Positions 51,503 to 62,454 of a stretch of 64,000 nucleotides of DNA are shown piece after piece. Within the stretch, counting starts at the first letter, position 1, and every line of letters begins with the position of its first letter. The stretch spans positions 1,408,001-1,472,000 of the forward strand of contig CAWJTV010000011.1 of NCBI GenBank assembly GCA_963845755.1, in the 5' to 3' direction. Under the pieces are notes generated by a model. That model searched no databases and was not told the DNA's origin. It saw only the letters and a list, made by a program, of their open reading frames with translations. A program made the translations under genes and the position numbers. The stretch is from an uncultured Planctomycetota bacterium (GTDB lineage Bacteria; Planctomycetota; Planctomycetia; Isosphaerales; Isosphaeraceae).

Positions 51503-51826
51503 GGCCAACCGGGTCGGCGAAGCGGGGAACGCGATGGACCGCCGAGCGTGCGGTGTGCGGCGATCCTCCGCAAAGCCTTGTTGAGTCATCAGTTGGGGGT
51601 GTCATCGTGCAAGAGTCGGTGCCGCGGGGGATTTCCGGCGCCGAGTTGACGCCGATTGGCACGACAAATGGTAAGAGATGAGCTCGACGCTGTCACTGCG
51701 TCGGGCTCCCGGGCGGATCCCCATACTCAAAGGCCAGACGGCGATCGTCGTCCTCTCGTCGAGGAGGGCTCCCATGAACCGGAGAGATTGATGCTGTCGC
51801 CATTCCTGGGTTCTGGATCGACCTCC

Positions 51827-52624
51827 ATGATCAACGGCAAGACGGTGATCGTCGTCCTCCCGGCCTATAACGCCGCGAAGACGCTGGAGAGGACCATCTC
51901 GGATGTCCCGCCCGGGATCGTGGACGAGTTCCTGCTCGTCGACGACGCCTCGCGCGACGATACGGTCGAGCGGGCGCGCCGGCTCGGCATCCCCTCCATC
52001 GTCCACTCGCAGAACCAGGGCTACGGGGGCAACCAGAAGACCTGCTACACCGAGGCGCTGCGCCGGGGTGCCGACGTCGTGGTAATGCTCCATCCGGACT
52101 ATCAGTACAGCCCCAAGCTGATCGGGTCGATGGCCTGGCAGGTCGCCTCGGGCGAATATGATGTCGTGCTCGGCTCGCGTGTCCTCGGCGCCGGGGCCCT
52201 CAAGGGCGGGATGCCGCTGTACAAGTACGTGGCGAACCGTTTCCTGACCGCGGTCGAGAATATCCTGCTGGGCATCAAGCTCTCGGAGTTCCACACCGGC
52301 TACCGGGCCTTCAGCCGCCGAGTGCTGGAAACCCTCCCCCTGCACGAGAACTCCGACGACTTCGTCTTCGACAACCAGATACTCGCCCAGGCGGTCGCCT
52401 TCGGCTTCGCGATCGGCGAGATTTCCTGCCCGACCAGGTATTTCCCAGAGGCCTCCTCGATCAACTTCCGCCGCTCCGTGACCTATGGCCTCGGCGTGCT
52501 CGGGACGGCGTTCCGGTTCCGGCTCCATCGCTGGAGGCTCCTCCGATGTGCGCTCTTTGAACAGGAGGGCCGACGCCTCGGAAACTCCCTGCCTGCCCAT
52601 GCACCGGTCGCAGGTCGGGCCTAG
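51827..52624 (+). CDS. GT2 glycosyltransferase, DPM1/polyprenyl-phosphate-sugar-synthase-like
   Basis: [64 protein letters not shown]. Confidence 0.92.
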   Translation: MINGKTVIVVLPAYNAAKTLERTISDVPPGIVDEFLLVDDASRDDTVERARRLGIPSIVHSQNQGYGGNQKTCYTEALRRGADVVVMLHPDYQYSPKLIGSMAWQVASGEYDVVLGSRVLGAGALKGGMPLYKYVANRFLTAVENILLGIKLSEFHTGYRAFSRRVLETLPLHENSDDFVFDNQILAQAVAFGFAIGEISCPTRYFPEASSINFRRSVTYGLGVLGTAFRFRLHRWRLLRCALFEQEGRRLGNSLPAHAPVAGRA

Positions 52625-52696
52625 GGGCTGATCCTCGAGCGACGTACCGGTAGACGTTCCAGGCTCCCCACCCGTACATGGCGTGAAAAGCCGTCG

Positions 52697-54304
52697 ATGG
52701 AAAAGCGAATCCGAACCCGGGTACTCCGAGGGTTGAGTGGTTCTTCAATGCGAGCGACTCTGGTTGACATCCCGATGCGGGCGACGGATGCAAGGGCTTC
52801 CCGCGAGGAAGACCCGCGCTCCCTCTCGACGTCAAGCCGCTTCTCGGACACAGCCCTCCGGCTCGTCATCCTGATCGCGCTTTATGCGATCCCGGCAATC
52901 ATGGTCATGAAGCCGGTCCAGGACCTCGATATCTGGTGGCACCTCCGCACGGGTCAATGGATCGTCGAGCACGCCATGGTCCCGGCGACCGATCCCTTCT
53001 CGACCTTCGGCCAGGACAGGCCCTGGGTTGCCTATAGCTGGCTCTTCGAGGTCCTGGTCTACGGCCTGTACGAGCGGCTCGACCTCAGCGGCATCATCCT
53101 CTATCGTGCCGCCCTGGGATTCGCCGTCGCCGTCGCCGTGCACCGTTTCATCGCCCGGCGCGAGCCGAGGTTCGTCGTCGCATCCGGCCTGACCGGTCTG
53201 GCTTTCATGACGTGCGCCTGCCTGATGAACGAGCGGCCCTGGCTTTTCACGATCCTCTTCTTCACGCTGACGCTCGACTCGGTGCTCGACCTCCGGGCGG
53301 GTCGGAGCGGGCCCTCGATCTGGCTCTTGCCGATCTCATATGCGCTCTGGGCAAACCTGCATATCCAGTTCATCTACGGGCTGTTCATCTTGGGGCTGGC
53401 CTGTGCCGCCCCCTGCATCGATCGGCTCCTTGGCCGCGGCCGGCCGGGGGCGCACGCCGATACGATCGGCTCGCGCGACTGGTGGCAACTCGTGGCCCTC
53501 ACGGTCGCCTGCCTTGCGGCGACACTTCTGAATCCCTATCACGTCCGGCTATATGCCGTCGTCGTCGAGTACGCGATCCAACCCGCCGCCTTTCGCCTGG
53601 TCAGCGAGCACCGGGCCATGGACTTCCGCGGACCGGCGGATTGGGCCGTGCTGGCGATGGCCGGCTGGGCTACCTTCGCCCTGGGTTGGCGACGTCGGCT
53701 GCCGGCGTTCGAGTTCCTCCTGCTCGCCTCATCCGCTTACTTCTCCTTTCACACCAAGCGCGATCTCTGGTTCGTCGTGCTGGCGTCGCTGGCGATCGTA
53801 ACGGGCGAGGGCTGCCGGCCCGGCTGGGTGATGGGCAGTTTCGCGCCGACTCGTCGGCGATCGCTGGCCGTCGCCGTCGGGGTTGTTCTCGTGCTCGCCG
53901 CGATCGGTTGGGGGCGCGGGCTCTCTCCAAGTCGCCTCGCGCAGGCGGTCGAGGAGAAGTTTCCGGCCAGTGCCGCTTCGTTCGTCGCGGAGCAGCACCT
54001 TAAAGGGCCTCTGTACAACCATTTCGACTGGGGCGGCTATCTGATCTGGCGACTTCCCCAGCTCCCGGTCGCGATGGATGGGCGCACGAATCTGCACGGA
54101 GACGAGCGACTCCTGCGGTCCTGCAAGACCTGGGCGGGCGAGCGAGGCTGGGACTCCGATCCCGAGCTCCGGGCCGCCGGCGTCGTGATCGCGAGCACCG
54201 AGTCGCCGTTGTGTTCCCTCCTGCGGCTCGCCGGCCGCTTCCGGGTGGCCTACGAGGACCCGCATGCCGTGGTCTTCATCCGGCGTCAACCGGCCGGGAT
54301 CTAA
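52697..54304 (+). CDS. Multi-TM GT-C-type membrane protein; start uncertain
   Basis: DLDIWWHLRTGQWI..DPFS..W..YSWLFE, ERP, LWANLH, LLNPY, then a soluble C-terminal domain LYNHFDWGGYLIW..MDGR. Confidence 0.75.
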   Translation: MEKRIRTRVLRGLSGSSMRATLVDIPMRATDARASREEDPRSLSTSSRFSDTALRLVILIALYAIPAIMVMKPVQDLDIWWHLRTGQWIVEHAMVPATDPFSTFGQDRPWVAYSWLFEVLVYGLYERLDLSGIILYRAALGFAVAVAVHRFIARREPRFVVASGLTGLAFMTCACLMNERPWLFTILFFTLTLDSVLDLRAGRSGPSIWLLPISYALWANLHIQFIYGLFILGLACAAPCIDRLLGRGRPGAHADTIGSRDWWQLVALTVACLAATLLNPYHVRLYAVVVEYAIQPAAFRLVSEHRAMDFRGPADWAVLAMAGWATFALGWRRRLPAFEFLLLASSAYFSFHTKRDLWFVVLASLAIVTGEGCRPGWVMGSFAPTRRRSLAVAVGVVLVLAAIGWGRGLSPSRLAQAVEEKFPASAASFVAEQHLKGPLYNHFDWGGYLIWRLPQLPVAMDGRTNLHGDERLLRSCKTWAGERGWDSDPELRAAGVVIASTESPLCSLLRLAGRFRVAYEDPHAVVFIRRQPAGI

Positions 54305-54308
54305 TACA

Positions 54309-55643
54309 ATGATTACATTAATAATTTTAGTATCTAAATATATATCAATGTCTATTGGATTGGCGGTCCTGCTGCGCGCCAGGATCAAGCCGTTCCACCT
54401 CTGGTCGGTGATCGTCGCAACCCTCGCGATCTTCCTGATCCACCTATATGCCATGTTCCCCTTGGAGTATTTCGGGTTCGACTGCTCGATCTTCTGGAGG
54501 GCCGGTCGTGACGTCTGGGCCGGGCTGGACCCCTACGCCGCGGGTCGCTTCGGCCAGCATCCTCTCCTCAATCCACCGAGCGCCCTCCCCCTGTTCGCCC
54601 TGTTCGCCCTCCCGCCCTACCGCGTCTGCCTCGCCCTGTGGACCGTGGCGAACATCCTGGCGAGCCTGACGCTGGTGGTCCTGGCACAATATACGCTGAA
54701 GCTCCAGGCGCGCATCGATGGTCGTACCGACCCGACGGGCGCGGAGGCGTGGAGCCTCCCGCCCGCGACCCTCGCGGGATTGTCGATCTGCTTGACCTTC
54801 TCCGATTCTTCGCTGATGGGCTTCTATCTGGGCCAACTCAGCGTCTTCGTGGCCGTGATGCTGTTCGCGGCGCTGGTGGCCCAGGGAAAGGGAAGGCCCG
54901 TCTGGGCCGGTGTCTGCCTCTCTCTAGCCACGGTCAAGGTCGGGACGATGCTCCCCTTCCTGCTGCTCTTTCTCCGCAAGGCCGATCGCTGGACCTGGGT
55001 CACTTTGACTGTGCTCATCCTCGGGTTTTGTTCTCTCACCGGTCGAACGAACGAACTGCCGGGGCGGATCGCAACAATCGTGGATCGCATTGGGGAGTTC
55101 TCGTCGCCGGGGCAAGTCAACGACTACTCCTTTGAGGGCCCCCGGAACGAGAGCATCATCGGTCTCGAGCCGCTGTTCTATCGATTGGGACTCCGGGGCC
55201 GCGCGAGCATCAGGAATGCCCAATACATCGCGCTGCTGATGCTCGGGGCGTGGGTCGCTTGCTCCGTCGTCCGGGGCGACACGTCCCGGCCGGCCGCATG
55301 CGCTCTGATCGCCCTCTACTCGATCCTTTTCCTTTACCACAGGGACTACGATTCGGTAATCCTGGCGATGCCCCTGGTCTACGGGGCCTGCCGGGTGCGG
55401 GTGGCTCCCGACCACGGGCATCGGCCTTCCATCACGATCGGCCTGCTGGTGATCGCGGTCCTCTATCTGAATGCGTTCCTGCTCAGGCCCTTGGCGAATT
55501 GGACCTTGGAGTGGGGAGGCTGGGGCCGATTCGTGCAGGCGACGGTGCTGCCCTATGCCACCTGGATGATTCTCACTGCCATGCTCGTCCTGGCCCTCGG
55601 GACGACGCGCGGCCGGCGGGATATCTCGCCCCAATCGCCGTAA
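54309..55643 (+). CDS. GT87/DUF2029 glycosyltransferase
   Basis: DCSIFWRAG..GLDPY..LLNPP, LGQLS, LATVK, NESI, YHRDYD; many TM segments. Confidence 0.85.
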   Translation: MITLIILVSKYISMSIGLAVLLRARIKPFHLWSVIVATLAIFLIHLYAMFPLEYFGFDCSIFWRAGRDVWAGLDPYAAGRFGQHPLLNPPSALPLFALFALPPYRVCLALWTVANILASLTLVVLAQYTLKLQARIDGRTDPTGAEAWSLPPATLAGLSICLTFSDSSLMGFYLGQLSVFVAVMLFAALVAQGKGRPVWAGVCLSLATVKVGTMLPFLLLFLRKADRWTWVTLTVLILGFCSLTGRTNELPGRIATIVDRIGEFSSPGQVNDYSFEGPRNESIIGLEPLFYRLGLRGRASIRNAQYIALLMLGAWVACSVVRGDTSRPAACALIALYSILFLYHRDYDSVILAMPLVYGACRVRVAPDHGHRPSITIGLLVIAVLYLNAFLLRPLANWTLEWGGWGRFVQATVLPYATWMILTAMLVLALGTTRGRRDISPQSP

Positions 55644-55705
55644 GGGTGGGGCCGCCATCCTGAGTCCTGGCTCCCCCGAGCGGACTGAGGCCGCGATTCT
55701 TCCCG

Positions 55706-57150
55706 ATGTACTGGCTCGATCAGGAGTGGATTGGAACCGTGGACCAGTGTCAGCCCGAGGAAATAAATCATCATTTTGACCCCGAGGCCGGTCGCCCGCC
55801 CGGGCCGGGCCCGACGCGCGCCGCCCCGCACCAGGGGCCCAGGGCTGCGCGTTGCTCGAGGATGGACTGGCTCGGGCCGGGCCTCGCCCTGATCGCGGCC
55901 TCCATCATGGGCCCCCTCTATCTTACATCCCTGAGGCCACCGACCGGCCGCATCGTCAACTTCTACCAGGAGTGGGCCTCGGCGCCAATCACCTTCAGGG
56001 CGTGCCCGTCTACGCCAATCACCGGGTGACGATTCCCCGCTATCTGGGCCTCGAGATCTCGAGACCGCAAGACCTGACGGTCGAGGTGAACGCGCACCCG
56101 CCGACCTCCGTCCTGCTGGCGCTCCCTTTCGCCGCATTCCGCTACCAGGATGCCGTCCTGGCCTGGAACCTCACTTCGTTCGGCATGCTCGGGGCGAGCC
56201 TGTACCTGATCTGGCGCGGCCTGCGGATTCCGTTTTCAGCCCGGCGGTTATTCCTTTTGATCGCATCGCTGTTGGTGTGCTCGCCCCTGATCCTGCAATT
56301 CTTCTTCGCGCAACTGAACCTGGTTATCCTCCTGCTCTTGACGGGCACCTGGGCCGCGGACCGGTCGGGGAGGCCGATGCTCGCAGGGGCCTTGCTGGGG
56401 ACCGCCGCAGCCATCAAGATCTTCCCGGGATTCGTTTTCATTTACTTCCTCCTGAGGGGAGAATGGAAGGCCCTGATCGCGGGGGCGCTGGCCGTGACCA
56501 TGCTCACCGGCCTCACCGCGGCCGTCCTTGGCTTCGAGTCGTATCGTTGTTACTTCGATGACGTCCTCCGGCGCGTGGCGGGATTCCGCGGCGGATGGCC
56601 CAATGCCTCCCTCGTGGGATTCTGGGTCAAGATGTTCGACCCCCCGTTGAGCGAGCTGCAAGTTGAGCCGCTCTGGCGCAGCCCGGCGATCGCGCGGATC
56701 GGGATCGTGGCGTCCTGCGCGCCGGTCCTGATCGCACTGGCATCGATCGTGCGCCGGGCGGCGACGCGGGATCACCTGGACCTCGCGTTCGGATCGACAT
56801 TGACGGCCATGCTCCTGGTCTCGCCGATCACCTGGGACCATTATCTGCTCCTGCTGCCACTTCCCATCGCCGCGACCTGGATTCATCTCCCTCGGTCCAC
56901 CTCCGCGCGAGCCCTTTTCGCGGTCATCCTCGTCGCTTTCTGGTCCTCGCCGTCGATCATCCAGCATCTCTTGATCCCCGGGGGTAAATCGCACGGCATC
57001 GCTCATCCTCTGCAGACGGTCACCCTGCTCTCGTATCAATGTTATGCACTGATTGCGCTGTTCGGCCTTGGCGTAGCGGTCATGTTCGGGGGGGATTCGG
57101 TCGGACGGCGGATCGCGGGGAGTGTATCGAGTGCGACAACAGTGGATTGA
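55706..57150 (+). CDS. GT87/DUF2029 glycosyltransferase; frameshift near 55990
   Basis: NFYQEWASA..GVPVY..NAHPPTSVLL, AQLN, AIKIFP, NASL, SPITWDHY. Confidence 0.85.
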
Positions 57151-57161
57151 AGAATGTGTTC

Positions 57162-58503
57162 ATGGGTACGGGATATCGCCCTGGGCGGATCGGGTTCGAT
57201 CCTTCGCCGATCGTCGCCTGGAGCGCGACAAGGTGCGTTTCGTCTGTTTGGCTGTGCTGGCGATGAGCCTCGTGCTCGCCGCCGTTTCCTTCCTCACCCC
57301 CGACGGGACTCACACGATCTTCGGTCCTGCTCGGGGATTCGACTTTGCGGGTTTCTACATCGCGGGCCGGATCCTCAACGCAGGGCCGTCGCCGCGCCTC
57401 TATGACCTCGACCTCCAGGATCGAGTCTTCCATGAGCTCCTGCCCGGCTTGCCGCCGGAGACGAAGCTGCCCTATGTCTATCCGCCCTTCTTCTCCCTGC
57501 TGTTGCGCATCCCTGCGCTGATGCCGTATGCATGGGCCTGCCTGACCTGGATGCTGCTTTCGGCCGGCCTCTACCTGAGGGGGCTGGCCTTGACCTGGCG
57601 CGGGGTCGAGGCCATTCCCACGCGAGAGCGATCGACCGCGCTACTCCTGGCCCTCTCGTTCCAGCCGTTCGTGGAGTGCTGGCTTTCCGGACAGGCGTCA
57701 ACGGTCGGCTTCGTCGCGATGGCCCTGGCGCTGCACTGCGAAGCGCACGGGAGGCCGTTCGGCGCCGGGCTCTGCCTGGCACTCTGCCTGTACAAGCCGC
57801 CGCTCCTCGTCCTGGTCATTCCCATGCTGGTCGTCGCCCGGAGGTCGCGTGTCCTGGGTGGATTCGCCGCGGGGGGCATGGCTCTGGCGGTGGTCTCCGT
57901 GCTCGCGGTTGGCTCGCGTGGCTGCGTGGCCTACGTCCATCACATTACGGCGTTCTCGCGGCTCATGAGGAGCCCGACCACGGAGTTCCCCAACTGGAAA
58001 TTCATCGATCTCTACCATTTCCTCGGATCGATGTTCGGTGGCCATGGTCTCCTTGGATTATCCGCGTTGGTCATGGCGGCCCTCACGGTCTTGCCATTCT
58101 TGATTTGCTCGTGGTGGTGCTCGACCGGTACGGTCCCGACCGACGACTGTTGACCTGGTCCGCGACACTGACCTGGACGTTGGTCTTGAATGTCTATATC
58201 GGCGTCTACGACGCCATCCTCATCGTCCCTGGGCTGGTGATCACCACGGACGCACACTGGCGGCGCGACCGGACGACCGCGATGACTTCAGTCCACGCCT
58301 TCAGATTCCTCCTGGCGCTGCTCTTCGTGGTGCCTTGGATCTCGCAACACCTCGCACGCTCGCTGGGATTCCAGCCCTTTACGCTGGTGCTGATGGGATT
58401 GGGGGCCTACCAGCTCGTTCTCGCCGGGCGCGACGTCGCCGGAGAGGAGATGGATAGCCGGCGACGTTTCCGCGATGCGACAGCGTTGGGTGTGATTCCA
58501 TGA
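57162..58503 (+). CDS. GT87/DUF2029 glycosyltransferase; frame breaks near 57170 and 58120
   Basis: GFDFAGFYIAG..LYD..PYVYPPFF, SGQ, LYKP, YIGVYD (ORFs 57122..58153 and 57532..58503). Confidence 0.85.
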
Positions 58504-58594
58504 CTCGAGACCAAGGAATCTGGGGTTGGTCCCTGCAGACGACGAACGAATCGAGGCTTTCTGGGTCGAACTCGAGAGAGGATTAACGACGGTG

Positions 58595-59854
58595 ATGAGA
58601 CGAGATGGCAGTGCGAACCTCCGTCCCTGGATCTGCCTGGTGGGCATTACGCTCCTGACGACGTTATGCGTCCAGGGCCTCCTCGCGATCGCGCCCTGGG
58701 AGAAGCTGGTCCCCGACTTCATCTGCTACTGGGCGGCCGGGAAGCTCGTCGCCTCGGGTCAGAGCCCCTACGATGAGGCGCTTCAGGCCCGGATCCAGCA
58801 CGAGTGCGGCTGGGACAAGGCAACGGATGGGCTGGGCCGGTTCGATTTCCTCCCTTACTATTACCCCCCGTGGTTCGCGGCATTCTGTGCGCTGCTGATC
58901 CCGCTCGGCTACCAGGGCGCGAAGATCGCGTGGTTCGCCCTGAACCTGGAGCTGCTGCTAACATCGGGCTATCTGCTCCGGGACGCGGTCCCCGGCCTGC
59001 CACGGTCGGTGCCGCTGGTCGCGGTCCCGGTGTTCATCCTGTCGGTGATCTCGCTGTTCGTCGGCCAGACCTCGATCCCGATCCTCTTCTTCGCCGCGCT
59101 GGGGTGGCGGCTGCTGGAGGGGGGGAACGACCGACCGGCGGGGGCCGCGCTAGCCTGCCTGACGACCAAGCCGCAGTTGACCGTCTTCCTCGTCCTGGCG
59201 CTGCTGCTCTGGGCCGCGAGGCGGCGGCGTTGGGGGGTCGTGCAGGGGTTCGCGCTGACCCTGGCCGTGCTGGGCCTGGCCGGTGCCCTGATCGTGCCGG
59301 CCTGGCCGATCGAGATGCTGCGGGCCGGCGCGCATACGCCCCCGCCGACGGTCTACTTCCCGTGGATCGGCACCACCTGGTACTTGATCCTCAGGACGCT
59401 CGGCCTCCGGTCATGGAGCCTGTGGCTGCCATACCTGGTCGTGGCAGTCCCGTTCCTGGTGGTGGTGGTCCGGGCGTCGCTCGACCGGTCAAGGCCGCTG
59501 GAAGACATCATGGCCCTGGGGTTACTTGCGCCGTCCCTCATCGCGCCCTACGGCCGCCACTACGACTTCTCCGTCCTGCTGATTCCGCTATTCGTCATGA
59601 TGGGCCGGCGGCTCTCGGAGGTCGCCGGGACCGCCCTCCTCGTCACCCTCGTGGTCCTGCCCTACCTCCATTTTGGGGCCCTCATGAAGTTCAGGCAGAG
59701 GTATCCGAGCACCGTGCGCCTCTTCCCGGAGTTCACTTTCTTCTGGATTCCCTTGCTCTTGACGCTGATCTGGCTTGCGACGGAGGTCTGGTCCGGACGC
59801 AGCCGCCGGGCGGCGCTCGCGGCGACAGGGGTCGTCGGAGCCGCCGACGCTTGA
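58595..59854 (+). CDS. GT87/DUF2029 glycosyltransferase
   Basis: PDFICYWAAG..GQSPY..PYYYPPWF, VGQTS, TTKPQ, PYGRHYD. Confidence 0.87.
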   Translation: MRRDGSANLRPWICLVGITLLTTLCVQGLLAIAPWEKLVPDFICYWAAGKLVASGQSPYDEALQARIQHECGWDKATDGLGRFDFLPYYYPPWFAAFCALLIPLGYQGAKIAWFALNLELLLTSGYLLRDAVPGLPRSVPLVAVPVFILSVISLFVGQTSIPILFFAALGWRLLEGGNDRPAGAALACLTTKPQLTVFLVLALLLWAARRRRWGVVQGFALTLAVLGLAGALIVPAWPIEMLRAGAHTPPPTVYFPWIGTTWYLILRTLGLRSWSLWLPYLVVAVPFLVVVVRASLDRSRPLEDIMALGLLAPSLIAPYGRHYDFSVLLIPLFVMMGRRLSEVAGTALLVTLVVLPYLHFGALMKFRQRYPSTVRLFPEFTFFWIPLLLTLIWLATEVWSGRSRRAALAATGVVGAADA

Positions 59855-59904
59855 ACTGTCCCCGGCCTTGCCCTGACCGAAACCTGACCGCGGAGTCGGC
59901 CGCC

Positions 59905-61110
59905 ATGACCCGGAATCACTTTCTCCTGTCGCTGACGTTCCTCACGACCGCCGTCCATGCTCAGATCTTCCTGGCGACCGCGCAGTACCTGATCTTCTTC
60001 GGGAGGAATGACATCGCGGCCGTCTCGTGGTCGCTCAGCTTCTATTACGACAACGCCTCGAAGGCCATGGCGGGCATGATCCCGTACCGGGATTTCCCCT
60101 TCGAATACCCGGTCCTCTCATTCCCGCTCTTCCTGCTCCCCCGTCTCCTGGTATCGGACCTGGACGGTTACAAAGCCGCCTTCGTGGTGGAGATGCTGCT
60201 CTTCGACGCCGCAGCGATCTACCTGATCGCGCGCCAGGTGAGCGAGAGCGAGGGGATGGAGCAGGTCCCGTGGCGCCTCGGCTGGTACACGCTGTATTGT
60301 GCCATCCTCAGCCCGCTGGTGATCGGCCGGTTCGAGCTGGCCCCGATGGTGCTGGCCTTCGCGGCCGCGCGGTGGTGGTACGCGGGCCGGAGTCCCCTCG
60401 GCGGGATGACCGCCGGCCTGGGGGCGCTCACGAAAGTCTTCCCCGGGGTGGTCGCCGCTCCGGCGCTGGTCTGGGAGCTATCGCGGCTGCGGACGTCTTG
60501 GCCGCGCGGCATGGAGGCTTTCTTCGCGACCATGGCCGTCGGGCTGGCCGCCTGGTTCGCCCTGAGCGGCCGCGGCGTGCTCGATTCGCTGGGATACCAC
60601 GCCCGGCGCGGCCTGGAAGTGGAATCGCTCTACGGGGGCGCACTCTTCCTCTGGGGGACCGCAACGGGGACCGTGGTCCCCTGGGTCTTCGACTACAAGG
60701 CGTATCACGTCGGGCCGGCATGGGGGGCGTGGCTGGCCCCGATGGCCTTCCCCATCCAGGTCGCAACACTGCTCCTGGTCATGGTGCAGTTCCGGCGGTC
60801 GGGCATGACCGAAGGGATGCGCTATTCGGCGGCCGCCGTGCTCGCCTTCATCATCACCGGCAAGGTGTTATCGCCCCAGTACCTGATCTGGCTCTTCCCG
60901 TTCCTGGTGGTCCTCGATGGCCGGATTGGCCGCCTCGCCCGCCAGATATTCCTGCTCGCCTGCATCACGACGGCGATGCTCTATCCGGGGCCCGGGTTCG
61001 TCATGGTGCTCGACCACCAGGCTGGCGCCATCCTGCTCTTGAATCTCCGGAATGGGCTCCTGATCTGGTTGCTAGGAGTGCTTTCTGTCGGCTTGACGGC
61101 GAAACAGTAA
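59905..61110 (+). CDS. GT87-related GT-C glycosyltransferase
   Basis: YYDNA..GMIPYRDFPFEYP, GRFELAP, TKVFP, RGLEVES, KVLSPQYLIWL. Confidence 0.83.
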   Translation: MTRNHFLLSLTFLTTAVHAQIFLATAQYLIFFGRNDIAAVSWSLSFYYDNASKAMAGMIPYRDFPFEYPVLSFPLFLLPRLLVSDLDGYKAAFVVEMLLFDAAAIYLIARQVSESEGMEQVPWRLGWYTLYCAILSPLVIGRFELAPMVLAFAAARWWYAGRSPLGGMTAGLGALTKVFPGVVAAPALVWELSRLRTSWPRGMEAFFATMAVGLAAWFALSGRGVLDSLGYHARRGLEVESLYGGALFLWGTATGTVVPWVFDYKAYHVGPAWGAWLAPMAFPIQVATLLLVMVQFRRSGMTEGMRYSAAAVLAFIITGKVLSPQYLIWLFPFLVVLDGRIGRLARQIFLLACITTAMLYPGPGFVMVLDHQAGAILLLNLRNGLLIWLLGVLSVGLTAKQ

Positions 61111-61706
61111 TGAATTTTGAATTATTTTATATATTTTCAATTTAGCCATCGCCACTGATCCATTGCCGCCTGCCATAGAGGCTCATGGGGCCGCTCCCCG
61201 ATCGTCGTCGACCGCCACCGTGGATGGCTACAGGGCTGACGATCCAGCGGACAGCCTACCGACACGCTGTTCCTACGAGGGCTCCGAGTAGATCCTGTCC
61301 GCCGTTTCATGCGGCCGGCCGAAGTCGGCTCATCGGGATCCTCGCGGACGTCCCGGCTCCGACGCCGGCGGGTCGGGACCTGCGCCCGGAGGCCGGTAGG
61401 CTACCGGATATGCCTTCGCGTCTCAATCTCGCGGGGTCGCGGTGTTGGTCACAGACTGCAGTGGTCCCGCTCGGCCCTCGATGGGCTTACACCTGATTGA
61501 CGAGATTCTGAGAGCTTACACTCAGGCGCCACGATAGGTTTACACTCGGACCGTGTCCTGTGCCGTCCGAGGCGGTAAGGGTGAGCTATTCGAAACTGTG
61601 CCCCCAAAGGGCTCGCGTCCTAACTAATGCTCTTGAAACAAGTTGCGCTTCGATGCCCTGGCCAGGAGCGTTCTTCATGGATTACCGAGGTGGCGCAACG
61701 AAGAGT

Positions 61707-61724
61707 TCGGCACAGCTCGTGCTT
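61707..61724 (+). promoter_or_regulatory. Sigma-54 (-24/-12) promoter upstream of the flp pilins
   Basis: tcGGCACagctcgtGCtt gives GG-N10-GC (GG 61709-61710, GC 61721-61722) about 125 bp before flp1. A sigma-54 activator is encoded in the same locus. Confidence 0.65.
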
Positions 61725-61847
61725 AATCATCATCACGTATAAGACATGCGGTCTAGAATCCGACGGAAGCGACCGGTCGAGGGCGACCGGGACCCGTTCG
61801 CATCGGAGGGCCGCAATTCTTTTTCTACCTCTACGAGAGGAATCTCC

Positions 61848-62018
61848 ATGACGAAGCTCTGCACCGCCGCCCGGAAGTTCGTCCGCGATGAGGAGGGCGC
61901 CTCGCTGGCCGAGTACGGCCTGCTCCTGGCCCTGATCGCCGTCGTCTGCCTCGCCGGCATGACAACTCTCGGAACGAAGATCAACGCGATGTTCAACCAG
62001 GTGGCCTCCACCATCTGA
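61848..62018 (+). CDS. flp: Flp family type IVb/c pilin 1
   Basis: MTKLCTAARKFVRDEEG/ASLAEYGLLLALIAVV; 56 aa; RBS GAGG. Confidence 0.95.
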   Translation: MTKLCTAARKFVRDEEGASLAEYGLLLALIAVVCLAGMTTLGTKINAMFNQVASTI

Positions 62019-62131
62019 CCCCAGCGCGGGTCTCACCGGGGTCCTCGCCCCCTCCCCTGTGAAAGTCCCACCCTGCCGAACCGGGGGCTTCGACACACAC
62101 GACTCCATCTTTCACCCAGAGAGGAAGACCC

Positions 62132-62302
62132 ATGACGAAACTCTACGCCGCCGCCCGGAAGTTCGTCCGCGATGAGGAGGGCGCCTCGCTGGCCGAGTAC
62201 GGCCTGCTCCTGGCCCTGATCGCCGTCGTCTGCCTCGCCGGCATGACCGCCCTCGGCACGCAGATCAACGCCATGTTCAACCAGGTGTCCAGCACAATCT
62301 GA
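62132..62302 (+). CDS. flp: Flp family pilin 2 (not in the ORF track)
   Basis: MTKLYAAARKFVRDEEG/ASLAEYGLLLALIAVVCLAGMTALGTQINAMFNQVSSTI; 56 aa; RBS GAGGA. Confidence 0.95.
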   Translation: MTKLYAAARKFVRDEEGASLAEYGLLLALIAVVCLAGMTALGTQINAMFNQVSSTI

Positions 62303-62454
62303 CTGCTGGCGAGTGGCCTGGGCCGCAATCACGCTTTGCGAGTTCGGCAAGGGAGACGACGAGTTCCCTGGGCCGGCAGAACGAAAATCAATGACCCGAC
62401 GCCAGGTGGTTTCGTTCGAGCCGTTCATACCCTTTTCGACAACGAGGAACGGCC

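Noticed and set aside
51608..51625. Minus-strand sigma-54-like motif cGGCACcgactctTGCa
   Set aside because: Spacing is GG-N11-GC rather than N10, and it points antisense into the TPR gene.
58804..59904. Apparent 768-aa fusion ORF 58804..61110
   Set aside because: Its first half is an off-frame read of the upstream GT87 gene. The real protein starts at 59905.
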